From NCBI GenBank assembly GCA_964016885.1, contig OZ024743.1, positions 267,654,001 through 267,718,000 on the forward strand: a stretch of DNA of 64,000 nucleotides, written 5' to 3'. Below are positions 1 through 12,792 of the stretch, one piece after another. The translations under genes were made by a program, and so were the position numbers. Origin of the DNA: Eledone cirrhosa (lineage: Eukaryota). The notes under the pieces were generated by a model, which was not told where the DNA came from, made no database searches, and saw only the letters and a list, made by a program, of their open reading frames with translations. Each line of letters starts with the position of its first letter. The stretch's first letter is position 1.

Positions 1-54
1 GCAAAGCATGGTCTCCGAACCTCTACCAATACTGCCAATCCACCGCCCTATACT

Positions 55-256
55 AATAATAATTGTTTCTACTTTTGGCACAAGGCCAGCAAATATCCAG
101 CGCATTACTGGTACTTTATTTTATCGACCCCGTAAGGATGAAAGGCAAAGTTAACCTCGGCGGGATTTGAACTCAGAATGGCAAGGGCTGGCCGTAACTC
201 TATGCGTTAAAGCATGGCGTCCGACCCTCTACCGATACTGCCAATCCACCGCCCTA
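55..256 (-). mobile_element. tRNA-derived SINE (family A), near full length; a head fragment of another copy lies at 1-50
   Basis: Minus strand has A-box-like TGGCAGTATCGG, B-box GAGTTCAAATCC, core GCCGAGGTTAACTTTGCCTTTCATCCTTACGGGGTCGATAAAATAAAGTACC (resembles the Meta/MESC SINE domain) and a tail ending TAGAAACAATTATT; more than 12 related copies in the window. Confidence 0.9.
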
Positions 257-500
257 TAGTAATAATAATAACAATATTTATACTTATATATGTTTAATAT
301 ACAATTATAAATGTGGAGGATTATACATGAATAAATTTATATATATATGTACATATATATATATATATATATGTGGAGAGTTATACATGAATACATTTAT
401 ATATATATGTACATATATATATATATACATATATACGGACGGGTACCATCCCTGAATATTAATATCGGTAAGGTTGTTTTTATATAGATATTGTCGGGCG

Positions 501-622
501 TCCACTGATGATTTATAAGTGCCCACCTACATATATTCCTATGGACTATGTGTAGGCCTCTACATAACCTGGACATTATTTTCCCAATTTGTAGAAAACT
601 TATAATGAAACGATCGTTTGGA
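501..622 (+). ncRNA. Type I hammerhead ribozyme motif with enlarged branched stem II
   Basis: tcca-CTGATGA-t-ttataagt...acttataa-t-GAAAC-gatc-GTT-tgga: stem I tcca/tgga, 8-bp stem II base, minimal stem III with palindromic loop. Confidence 0.75.
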
Positions 623-799
623 GAGAGAGATATATTTAATTATGTCTCATATAAAATAATACAACTTGCTATCCGCAAAATACGTATAGTTAGCATCCCA
701 AGCGTATAACTGGGATTATACTAAGGTATATCCTAATGTTTGTTGAGTGAGACGGAAGCCGGTCGGAGTATTGCTTAAAGCTTTCTCCGTTAATGTATA

Positions 800-845
<46 letters not shown>

Positions 846-847
<2 letters not shown>

Positions 848-1039
848 CGAAGTAAATGTGGTAAGGAACCAGGTGTACCATAACGCACCAAAGTACTCAA
901 TACTTAGGGTAGTAGAGTGGGTAATAGGAACAAGTAAGACCCCGACGGCTGAGCTGAAGCCGTTTCGACGGCTAATTCTGTACAGAATTAGCCGTCGAAA
1001 CGGCTTGAGCTCAGCCGTCGGGGTGTTACTTGTTCCTAT
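846..1039. mobile_element. Non-autonomous fold-back element (family B) in (TA)n, carrying a 116-bp palindrome built from the 3' half of an HHR
   Basis: 924-1039 is a palindrome centred on 981/982 with 2 mismatched pairs and contains GAAAC-ggc-ttgagctca-gcc-GTC; relatives at 34727-35298 and 53682-53825. Confidence 0.75.
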
Positions 1040-1719
1040 ATATATATATATATATATATAAATTATAAACTCATACTCCATATATTGTATTCAGCGATGT
1101 AGAGGGATAAACTATTTGTTATATATATACATATATATGGGATTCCTCCAAACGGTACACTTCCATGGATATCACTCAGGGATCATCGGTCATGATGTGG
1201 ACAGGGGCTGTATTAGAAGAAACTTGCCTGCTGTGCACAGAAAATAAACCCAGAAGAAAGAGGTTGGTAATCGAACATTTTTATACGATTCATAACATTA
1301 AAGTCATGTTCATTGCATTAAAATACACTATATATTTCAAGTAGGAAATTTGATAAGGAGAGGTTTTGCAGAAGGAGGTCATCATTCTATTCAATTACTA
1401 CAGATATAGTTGCTCTTTTCTAATTGAATTGACTTTCTTTGTTACAGGGTTATATTTTCTTTAGAGAAATGCGGCATTACTATACCTTCAATTTCTATTT
1501 ATTACCTGTGTGTCTGTCATAAGTCGTTTTCCAGTGAGGGAGTATCAATATACGTATATAAAACTGAAATAATTGACTAAATAAAAGTGTCTAATAATAA
1601 CGGGATGTGTAAAAAAAGAGGCTATTTGCATAAAAGAAAAGGAAAAAATGGGTACCAGCGAATGTATGTATATATATATGTGTGTGTGTGAGTGTGTGTG
1701 TGTGTGTCTGTGTGAGTGA

Positions 1720-1802
<83 letters not shown>

Positions 1803-4057
1803 AGAAAAAATACTAAATAAGGAAGTAGAGTTTAAATATTCCTTTAACAAAAAACAGCTAAATACTGAGTCTTCTTATTCTGGAGTTTCCCCTGCGCACT
1901 CATCAGTCAAGATACTGTGTGCAGAGAAGAAACTCCTCAGCCATAATAAATAAATGAATATATATATATACACACACACAGGGACACACACACACTCACA
2001 CACACATATATACATATATATATATATGTTAAGTAATTCCAAAGAAAAAGTGAAGGAAAAGAGCATGCTCTATGCATAGCACAGTGCTATTTAATTAGAA
2101 AGTAAACAAAAAATTGTGTTGTTCACTTTCTATATATATATATATATACATATAGATACACCCCGTCACACACACACACACACATAAAATAGTCAAACAT
2201 ACAGATATAGAAAGCAGCATTGTGATTTAGAACTATGTCAGCAATCATTGAACAAATCTATTGTCACAAAGGCTTTAGCTGTTCTGTATACACCTCAATG
2301 TTCCTCTAGATATATTTGTGGGTTTATATTTTCCATCCGGTCTTGCCTTTTGTACATTTAGTGTCTTGAATTACTTTGAGACAAGACATTTCAACATAAA
2401 AGGTAAAACTAAATAGTACAGAGTTGATTTTCATACAAATTTAAAATGTCTCTAGCATCCTCACGCAAGTGGCTGGAATTTTCACTGTGAGTATATTGTA
2501 TCATGCATTTCACCCATGCGTATGAATGTGGCAAACGTACTATCATGTTCTGTCTTCGACTTGGCTTTCGTTTCTATATTAAACTTACTTTTTGTATCAA
2601 TCCACCATCAGAATATAGCTGACTACAGCATAAAATAAGTAATGATGTGTAGGAGTTTCGGCACACCCTTCTAGGTTTCAACATAATCAGATTGTCCCCA
2701 ACACAATTTCACGGACAAACAAAACCTATATATCGTATTTAGAACATACGAAAAGCTGCACAAAATGTTGTACACAATAACATATAAAGTCAGTCTACAA
2801 TGTATGTATGGACCGTAACTATTGGTAGTGTCGTAGTTGGGCCGTAGTAATATTGGGTATTTCTTCGACCTATTTCCTAAACCTAGCTGATCTGAAGATC
2901 TGAATAAGGCCAATCTATTCCAGAGTAAGGAAAGACAGGGATGGAGTGTAACTGGAAAAGAGATATAGAGGAGGAATCTACTCCGCTACTGCATTGGTAC
3001 GTTTTTTATCGATCCTTGAAGGATGCAAGGCAAAATTGACGTCGGAGGTATTACAACTCAGAATGCAGAGAACCGGACAAATACTGCTAAACTACACCCT
3101 AACTCGTTTGCAAAAGAGCGTTTGCTAAAGAGCGGGCTACAATTATATGTTCGCTATCCTGAACCTGCAGGTGTTTAAATCCTTATATTATATATAAGTT
3201 TGATATACCTTTTTACCGAATCGAATTTTGTAATATTTGTAAATAATATTATTTACCATCAGGTCTTCATATTAATATTGACATATCCAGTCACTAGTAC
3301 ACTGTTACTATTTAACCACTAGGTATCAATTAGAGATCATCATTTTTTAATCATTTATTTCCTTTATTATTTTCATGTTTTTCCTTTTTATCTATTTCTA
3401 ATGTCTTTTTTGTTTTTTTCAATGTATTTTGTTTCCCATTTAAACTCAATTTTCCTAGTTTGATAAGTCTAATTAGATTTATAAGATAACCTTAAATTTC
3501 CAGAATAAATAATGACATTAAACATATTAAATGCAATTTAAAAAAGTAAAAATGGAACCATTACTAATTCATGTTTGTGTTCGTATGTTAGAGCCTGATT
3601 TTTTCTATAGAAAATATTAATTTATCAATAAACAGACATGTTAAGAAATAGCGTTTAACGCTTTGTCAGAAATCAATTTATTTTTCTGCCGCTCAATATT
3701 TTTACAACACAAAGCTTAATTTACTTTAGTTTAATTGATATTTTATGCTGGATTTTAACTAAATGAATAGCTTATTGAAGTACAGAGACAAAAAAAGAGA
3801 ACACGAAAAGGAAAAGAAGAAAAAATATTACGTGAACAAAGCATAGATGGAGAAATTAATACGCATAATTTTGTTAAGCACGCTAAATATGTGAATTGGA
3901 TTAGTGGCATCCACATTGTTTTAGCAAAATAAAAGCGTAAAAGGAATCCCACATTTCTCTCCCTACCTCTCACTCTCTCTCTACCTTTCTCTCTCTCACT
4001 CTTATCACTCAATCTTCTCAACCTCCCTTAATATATATAAACACACACACACACATG

Positions 4058-4128
<71 letters not shown>

Positions 4129-4280
4129 TACAAAGGAATCTAGGCAGGGGTCAAATATATGCAGGAATACGACAATCGATGTTTATAAATAAACAAATAA
4201 TTAAGTAAAACGACCCCCCACCCCTCCACCGAGAGATATATAACATTAAATACACCAAAAATAGAGACTTAGTTATGGTT

Positions 4281-4312
<32 letters not shown>

Positions 4313-4382
4313 GTACTACTACTACTACTACTACTGCTGCTACTACTACTGCTACTACTACTACCACTACTACTACTACTGT

Positions 4383-4413
<31 letters not shown>

Positions 4414-4420
4414 GCTACTG

Positions 4421-4452
<32 letters not shown>

Positions 4453-4462
4453 GCTACTACTA

Positions 4463-4494
<32 letters not shown>

Positions 4495-4496
4495 GT

Positions 4497-4530
<34 letters not shown>

Positions 4531-4549
4531 GCTACTACTGCTACTACTG

Positions 4550-4594
<45 letters not shown>

Positions 4595-4605
4595 TCACTA
4601 CCACA

Positions 4606-4666
<61 letters not shown>
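4281..4666. repeat. (TAC)n trinucleotide microsatellite
   Basis: About 385 bp of TAC repeats with few interruptions; similar tracts near 48498-48669 and 50455-50506. Confidence 0.97.
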
Positions 4667-4703
4667 TCATTATTATTATAATTATTAAAAACCATTATTC
4701 AGA

Positions 4704-4885
4704 TCGGCAGAGCGTCAGACACCATACTTTACAGCATAGAGTTATGCCCCTTTATGTTCTGAGTTCAAATCCTGCCGAGGTTAACTTTGCCTTTCATCCT
4801 TACGGGGTCGATAAAATAAAGTACCAGTAATGCTCTGGGATAATTGCTGGTCTTGTGCCAAAAGTAGAAACACTTATTATAATTG
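4704..4885 (+). mobile_element. tRNA-derived SINE (family A)
   Basis: GAGTTCAAATCC B box, same core and tail as the 55-256 copy. Confidence 0.88.
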
Positions 4886-4937
4886 TTATTCTTCGAACGA
4901 TAACAATGGTATGATGATGATGATGATAATGATGATG

Positions 4938-5121
4938 ATAATTGTTTCTACTTTTGGCACAAGGCCAGCAATTACCCAGTGCATTACTGGTACTTTATTT
5001 TATCGACCGCGTAAGGATGAAAGGCAAAGTTAACCTCGGCGGGATTTGAACTCACACCATAAAGAGACGTAATTCTATGCTGTAAAGTATGGCGTCTGAT
5101 CTTCTAATGATACTGCCAATA
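4938..5121 (-). mobile_element. tRNA-derived SINE (family A)
   Basis: Reverse complement of the family A tail, core and B box. Confidence 0.88.
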
Positions 5122-5677
5122 GACCGTGTAATTGATGATGAAAACGACGATGATGAAGATATAAGGGTGATGATAATGATGATGATCGTGTAATTGATGA
5201 TCAAGTTGTCGATGATGATAATGTTGATATTGACGACGAAGAGGGCAAAATCGACGACGGCAAGGAGAACGTTGCCGGTCATGATGATGGCGATGATGAT
5301 AACGATGATGATGTCGAGACGATACTGGAATGAAAACGAAATTATAGACTCCAAAGTTAATCTGCATGTATAAAAAGATATTTAAAAATTACATATACAA
5401 AAGACAAACATTAAAAGCTTTGGAACAATTATATAAATATTTCACAGAGAACACAACAAGGGAAGGGTCAAAGTAAAGACATATTGTTCTTATATAGGGA
5501 CCAGTGTGTATGTAATCAATTATAGAATCAACCACACATATTTACAGAGCTACAAAAACCATAATAAAACACACATGAAACTATATAATTTAGCCACATG
5601 TAATACAGGCTTTTATGAACTAATATTCCTCTATGTATAGCCTGAATTATTTTCTCTCACCTCTATATATATTTTAT

Positions 5678-5735
<58 letters not shown>

Positions 5736-6740
5736 TCCCTCACTCTCTCTCTCTCCTCTCTCTCTCTCATAAGCTTCCTCTCTTTCTTCCCGCTTTCATT
5801 ATGCACATATATATTTGCAAGCATGTAGTCATGCATACTATATGTACACACAAACACACACCCATACACAAACATATATATATATAGAGATAGATTAACA
5901 CAGTCACCTGCGTAAACACAGACTCACGTATATATACGTGTATATATATATATCTGTGTGTGTCTGTGTGTGCGTGTGTTTCTGTATGTGTGTGTGTGTG
6001 TTTCTGTGTGTGCGTGTGTGTGTGTGTGTGTGCATATATATAAATGTATATGTATATATATATATATGTGAGTATATGTTTCCGCTTGTGGCTGTGTTTT
6101 GTGTCGGCTGTCTCTTTATATGAATCATAAGTTAACTAAACAATATATACATATATAAAAAAGAGGCAGCAATTGCTTCGTTTACTGAGTGGTAAGCCGA
6201 TGATTCTACATAATAGCTCTAATTTATTTCCGTTTAATTAAATTACGCATTAATGAGGCTTCAATCTTAACACAGTTAAACTTCGGCTAGTAATCATTGT
6301 AAAAATGTTTCCATTAAAATAATCATAAAAAGGGTAACTTCCCTTTGAAGGAATCACCATTTTTAACAAATCTATTTAAAGCTATGTATTGTATGATGAC
6401 GAGATTTCTATTCTTCTGCCTTGCATTGAAACTCCCTGATTAAATATTACTGGATCCGTGTTGGTGGCATATTTGCTTGATATAACGGAAAAATATCATT
6501 CAAGCCATACCAAACTAAGAATGGGAGAACAGAATGGATAATGTCTAACAGTTTTTAATTTATTATGCAAAATTTTGAAATCCCTACTCAACTAAAACCT
6601 GAATTTTTGTGGATATTTACGTATCATATACTAATATATTATGATATATAGCGTCTTTTGAGCTCATTTAACCCGACAGAGCCCATCTTCTCTCAAGGTC
6701 TGAGCACAGCCGATTTTTTCAGTGACGGAGAGTGATATAT

Positions 6741-8027
<1,287 letters not shown>

Positions 8028-8035
8028 TGTATATC

Positions 8036-8076
<41 letters not shown>

Positions 8077-8247
8077 GAAGAGAGAGAGGTAAATATACAC
8101 GGGTGTGTATGATTGTGTATAGAAGATTATATTAATAAAAGGAATTCCAACTTTGTCTGATTTACTCGTTTTATTTACAATCCTTTAAAATTTATAATGG
8201 TATTAGAATGAAATAGTATGGTAGAATATTAAATGTTAAGTGTTAAT

Positions 8248-8286
8248 TGAACAAGTACTTTCATGCTTTCGCAATCTTCAGGTTCA
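8248..8286 (-). ncRNA. Minimal type I hammerhead ribozyme in a Penelope pseudo-LTR
   Basis: Minus strand: tgaac-CTGAAGA-t-tgc-gaaa-gca-t-GAAA-gtac-TT-gttca; 5-bp stem I, GAAA-capped stem II, palindromic GTAC loop; next to PLE coding fragments. Confidence 0.8.
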
Positions 8287-8543
8287 TAATGTGTGGTGAC
8301 AGTCAAGTTTGCAATTTTCCACTGTAATGAGATGGGTAAATGTTGTGCCTTATATAAAAGTGGCGCCAGAATGCTAAATCTTCCAAACTGTATTTCGACC
8401 AATCGGTGTGTAGTTTCACTGGATTACTAAAGCTGATTGGTTTAGGCGTCACGGTTGGTTGAGCATGTTTAACGACTACCAATTGACCCTATCCAAAGCA
8501 TCAATTGTTTTGCTATTTTTAGAAATGATGAAAATAGCATTTT

Positions 8544-8790
8544 CTAGTAATCATCACCATCGAAATCTTTACATTCATCACTCTCATTACTTTTATCAGC
8601 GAAGAATTCTACAATACGTAATTTTCGAAAGAATTCTTGGGTATCCTCCTTCAGTTCTTGGTGGTTGACTGTTGGAGTCGGTGTGAATTTCAGTCCTTTT
8701 GACAGAATTTGCATTTCATCATTGTCAAGATCTCTTTTGGATAAATTAATTATTTTAGGATCTAGGTGTACAATTGTTTTGGGTATGTTT
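8544..8790 (-). pseudogene. Penelope-like element ORF N-terminal fragment
   Basis: IINLSKRDLDNDEMQILSKGLKFTPTP...EFFRKLR matches the conserved NLS...LSKGLKF(x)PTP motif at the start of PLE ORFs. Confidence 0.75.
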
Positions 8791-8939
8791 CCTCCTGGAG
8801 TTTTCCTTTTTTCCGGTTTTTGTTGTCCTGACGTTAAAAAATGGATTGTTCTCTGTTCAGGATTTATAATCCTGAGGTGCAAACACCAACAGCAATATAA
8901 ATCCTGAACAGAGTAAAATCCATTACACCAATATTTCAC

Positions 8940-9285
8940 ATGATTTAGGAATAAAGGCGGTTAAATACTGGGTGGAAAAACATAGAGAAGTGATTCCCAT
9001 CAGATTCACAGCGCCATTTATATTAGAGGCAGTTAAACTTATTCTGGAAAACAACACTTTCTTCTTCAATGGAAAGAATTACATCCAAATTAGAGGCACA
9101 GCGATGGGAACGAAGTGTGCCCCCGTTTACGCGAACTCTGTAATGGGATACTTAGAACAACAACTCTACCAAGAAAGAGAGGAAAAATATAGTACTGACT
9201 TTAGAAAGTACATTGAAAAATCTTGGAAGAGATAGTTGACGACTGTTTTATCATCTGGACAGAATCTCTAGATACTCTGGATGAG
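8940..9285 (+). pseudogene. Penelope-like reverse transcriptase fragment
   Basis: LILENNTFFFNGKNYIQIRGTAMGTKCAPVYAN..MGYLE...WKR followed by a disrupted (Y)xDD (gttgacgactgttttatc); typical PLE RT motifs. Confidence 0.85.
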
Positions 9286-12137
9286 TTGTAGTGGTAAGGT
9301 ATTTTTTGTATAGAACAAAAAAGTATGTGTGCAGAAAAATAAAAATAAAAAGAAGAAGCAAAAGAAAGTTATGGTTTTCGTATTCACCACCATTTTCACA
9401 ATCAGAAAATATGAGATATAGCTTCTACATCCATCACATAAGTAACGATGATTCCGTATTGAATGTTTGATGAATTAAAATAAATTATTTTAGCGTATTG
9501 AGGCTCAGTATTATTTAATCCAAGTTTATAGAATAGGTTGATTCTGCTGCGAGAATTTACAGCGGTTTATTACCCGGAAGTATGTGTGTAATTAAGGGTT
9601 AATGCGCAAGGGGAGGTAATTAGCCGAATCTCATAATTAAATTCATTGTTCTAACATACATTCATTATAAGGCGCCTCAATTGAGTCCCTTACATAGACG
9701 GTTATACATTTATATCTAGTTTCCAATTTTAAATACAGTCTACTCTATCATGATGTACTAAAGGTATCTATATTAAGTTGATTACTCCCTATTATATAGT
9801 GCGACAATTGAATATTCCATACAAAGTGCCATACCTTTATATCAAAGTTCACTGTAAATGCAGTCTACTCTCAGAAAATATCAGGGGACCTATTAGAATT
9901 TTGTCTACATAACCCCTGGCAAGTTATGGATCAGCGTATGGCTGTTTGCATGGCAAAACAAAATACATCTCTAGGGCAGGCAAATACATCCCTCATTTAC
10001 AATGTCATTAATCTATCCATCAAGTTATACTTGCATATATAATTCATATATAATTCATACATAATTGATTGCAGCTCCCTACATATAAGTTAGACAGATC
10101 TCTTATGTTAATAAATTAATATTATATATATCCAATGTTATCACTCCATATATTTAATTACAAATGCATCAATAATTCATTGCCGTATCTAGTATTTAAA
10201 TTTTATATAGACTGTATTGTATCATTATATAATTATAAGTAATTGAAAGTAGTTACATTAAAAGTAGGTCTGTATGGGGATATTTGTAGGGTATAGAGTT
10301 ATAGATAGATGGAATGATTTGTGTCGAGATAGGGTGGATCAGAGAGTGTGTAGTTGTGGTGTAAGGTGTACCCTTGAGGTGTGGTGCTAGAAGTGGTGAT
10401 GGGTTCAAGTCGGTCATTGTTACATATTGGGTTTAAAGTTTTGGAACGATTGCGGGAAGCGGTGCTGGCACGACGCAAACACTTCCGATTTTTTATTAAG
10501 GAGGTTATGGTTTGAGAAGATTATAATATGGGTCACTAGTAGACAGAGGTTACAGAATGTATTAGGTGGTTTGTACGATGCCGCCTTACCTACCACTTCC
10601 CATTGAAGTGTATAAGATCTATTTTTAGTTTTTAGATAGTGTATGTAGCTAGATAGTGAAGTGGAGTTGGCTAGACTGTGTTTTTTGAAAGAATGGAGGT
10701 GTGAATTGTATCTAGTTTTGAAGCAGTTCGAAGTAGAGCCTATATAGGTTTCAGAAGAGTTGCTAGTTCTGACGGTGCATGAGTATATGATGTCCTTGAT
10801 TAAGCAGTTTTTATCTAAAGGGCAGGTTCTATTAGATCTACAGTTACAATTATTTTGGATGTTAACCTGCCGGTTATTATGTTGTGTAGAAGTCTGGTTG
10901 CTAGGTATTTCATTATAGTTATGGGGGTAGTCGCTCCTAGCGTTATTGCTTTCACTAGTGCTATTACTATTATTACTATTGATATTAGGGTTTGCAGGTA
11001 TTACGTTGTTTTGAAGGTTTACCCCTTGCTGTGTTTTAGTTTGTTGGAAGTAAGTATTAATTTTTCTTTTATTGCTACTAGCTATGTGGTATGCTATGTT
11101 AGGCGTGGTAGAGTAGGAGATTTTAATGGTGTTTTTATTTATGAGACTATGCTACTTGTGGCCAGATAGGAAGTTTTTATCTAGGAGTGAGAAGAAAGCC
11201 TTAGGTAGGTTGGTAGAGACGTTTAGATTGAAAGGGGGGGGGTGTGAAAAATGTATTATTTGTTCTTCTATTTTTGTTTTTTATGACTGATGAGATGCTT
11301 CCGTTTATGGTATGTTGGTGTCCTCCCTGGTGTGGGTTACGTTTGTTGCCACCCTTCGTACTAGTGTGTGTGTGGTTATTATTTTTATTACTATTTTTTC
11401 CTGATGGACATATTGTGCGAACTAATGTTGTAACTAATTGTTTTTATAGGTAGGAACTCGATCTCATTATTATGGCCTGATCTAGCTAATGCCTGATTAT
11501 AATATTGTGAGTTTTTGCTAAATATGGTTTCGTCATAAGATAGATTAGAGATTCTATTGGATATTCCTTTAGAGATAGAGCTTAATATTGATCTAGGGTG
11601 GTTAGACTTAGTATCTACGTAAATCAATTTTTCGTTAGGTTTATAGAATGGTGTATATATCTTAGAGTCTAGGTAAAGGGTGGCATCTAGGAAGTTAACG
11701 TTTTTAGTGTTTTTGTCTATGGTGATACTTAGGTTATAGTTTTTGAGGCGCCTTATAATGTATGTTAGAACAATGAATTTACTTATGAGATTCGGCTAGT
11801 TACCTCCCCTTACGCATTAACTCCCCTTAATTACACACACACTTCCGGATAATAAACCGCTGTACATTCTCGCAGCAGAATCAACCTATTCTACAAACTT
11901 GGATTAAATAACACTGAGCCTCAATACGCTAAAATAATTTATTTTAATGCATCAAACATTCAATACGGAATCATCGTTACTTATGTGATGGATGTAGAAA
12001 CTATATCTTACCTTTTCTGAATGTGAAAATGGTGGTGGATACGAAAACCATAACCTTCTTTTGCTTCTTCTTTTTATCTTTATTTTTCTGCACACATACT
12101 TTTTTGTTCTATACAAAAAATACCTTACCACTACAAC
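9285..12137 (-). mobile_element. 5'-truncated Penelope-like retroelement bounded by ~395-bp inverted repeats
   Basis: 9285-9681 is the reverse complement of 11743-12137; the interior encodes the RT end and GIY-YIG on the minus strand. Confidence 0.85.
10420..11745 (-). pseudogene. PLE RT C-terminus/thumb plus GIY-YIG endonuclease, frameshifted
   Basis: VNFLDATL, FYKPN, YVDTKSNHP, CNCRSNRTCPLDKNCL, DIIYSCTV...TYIGST (GIY-YIG), CNLCL...LLNKKSE..SCQH. Confidence 0.85.
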
Positions 12138-12740
12138 CACCATAATAATCTTGATTACCCGCTTAAAGCGCTTGCATTACGTGTAACACCCTGCCACACA
12201 ATAATAGTATACAAATGAGACACACTTGCATGCTGCATGTGTAACTAACGCATACACTACCTACTAGATCTGACTATCAAACTATCCTCTTGCATTATCT
12301 GCGTTATCTGCTGAATGTATTTTAATTTTGATTTTGATTTTAATTTTGATTTTGATTTTGATTTTGCATTTGAATTGCTGTACAAAAATAGTATAATATA
12401 ATATATGTCACTCCACTGTACATCAATATATATATATGTATATGTATGTCTCTTGCGTTGGAAAGGAGGTCAATTATGTGTACAAACATTGAAAAATGCT
12501 CCGAAGAATCCAAGCCTAGGTTTGGATGAAACAATTGTAAGTGAATAAATGCTTTGAACATAGCTTTGATTCTTGTGAATTCTATATAACTGCTCTGTAG
12601 AACAACTGGTGTTATTACATTGAGCTATTTATCTTACTGGTAATAAGGTAGTAATAAATTACTGAACTTCACTGTTTAGGGTTTAAAATATACATAACTA
12701 TAAAAAGTCTTAATATATACATAACCATAAATAGTATCGC

Positions 12741-12789
<49 letters not shown>

Positions 12790-12792
<3 letters not shown>

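Noticed and set aside
55-256. tRNA gene call from A and B boxes
   Set aside because: No cloverleaf; followed by SINE core and tail and present in many diverged copies.
11975-12056. Possible HHR inside the 395-bp inverted repeat
   Set aside because: CUGANGA-like boxes carry two or more mismatches in both copies and no consistent stems were found.
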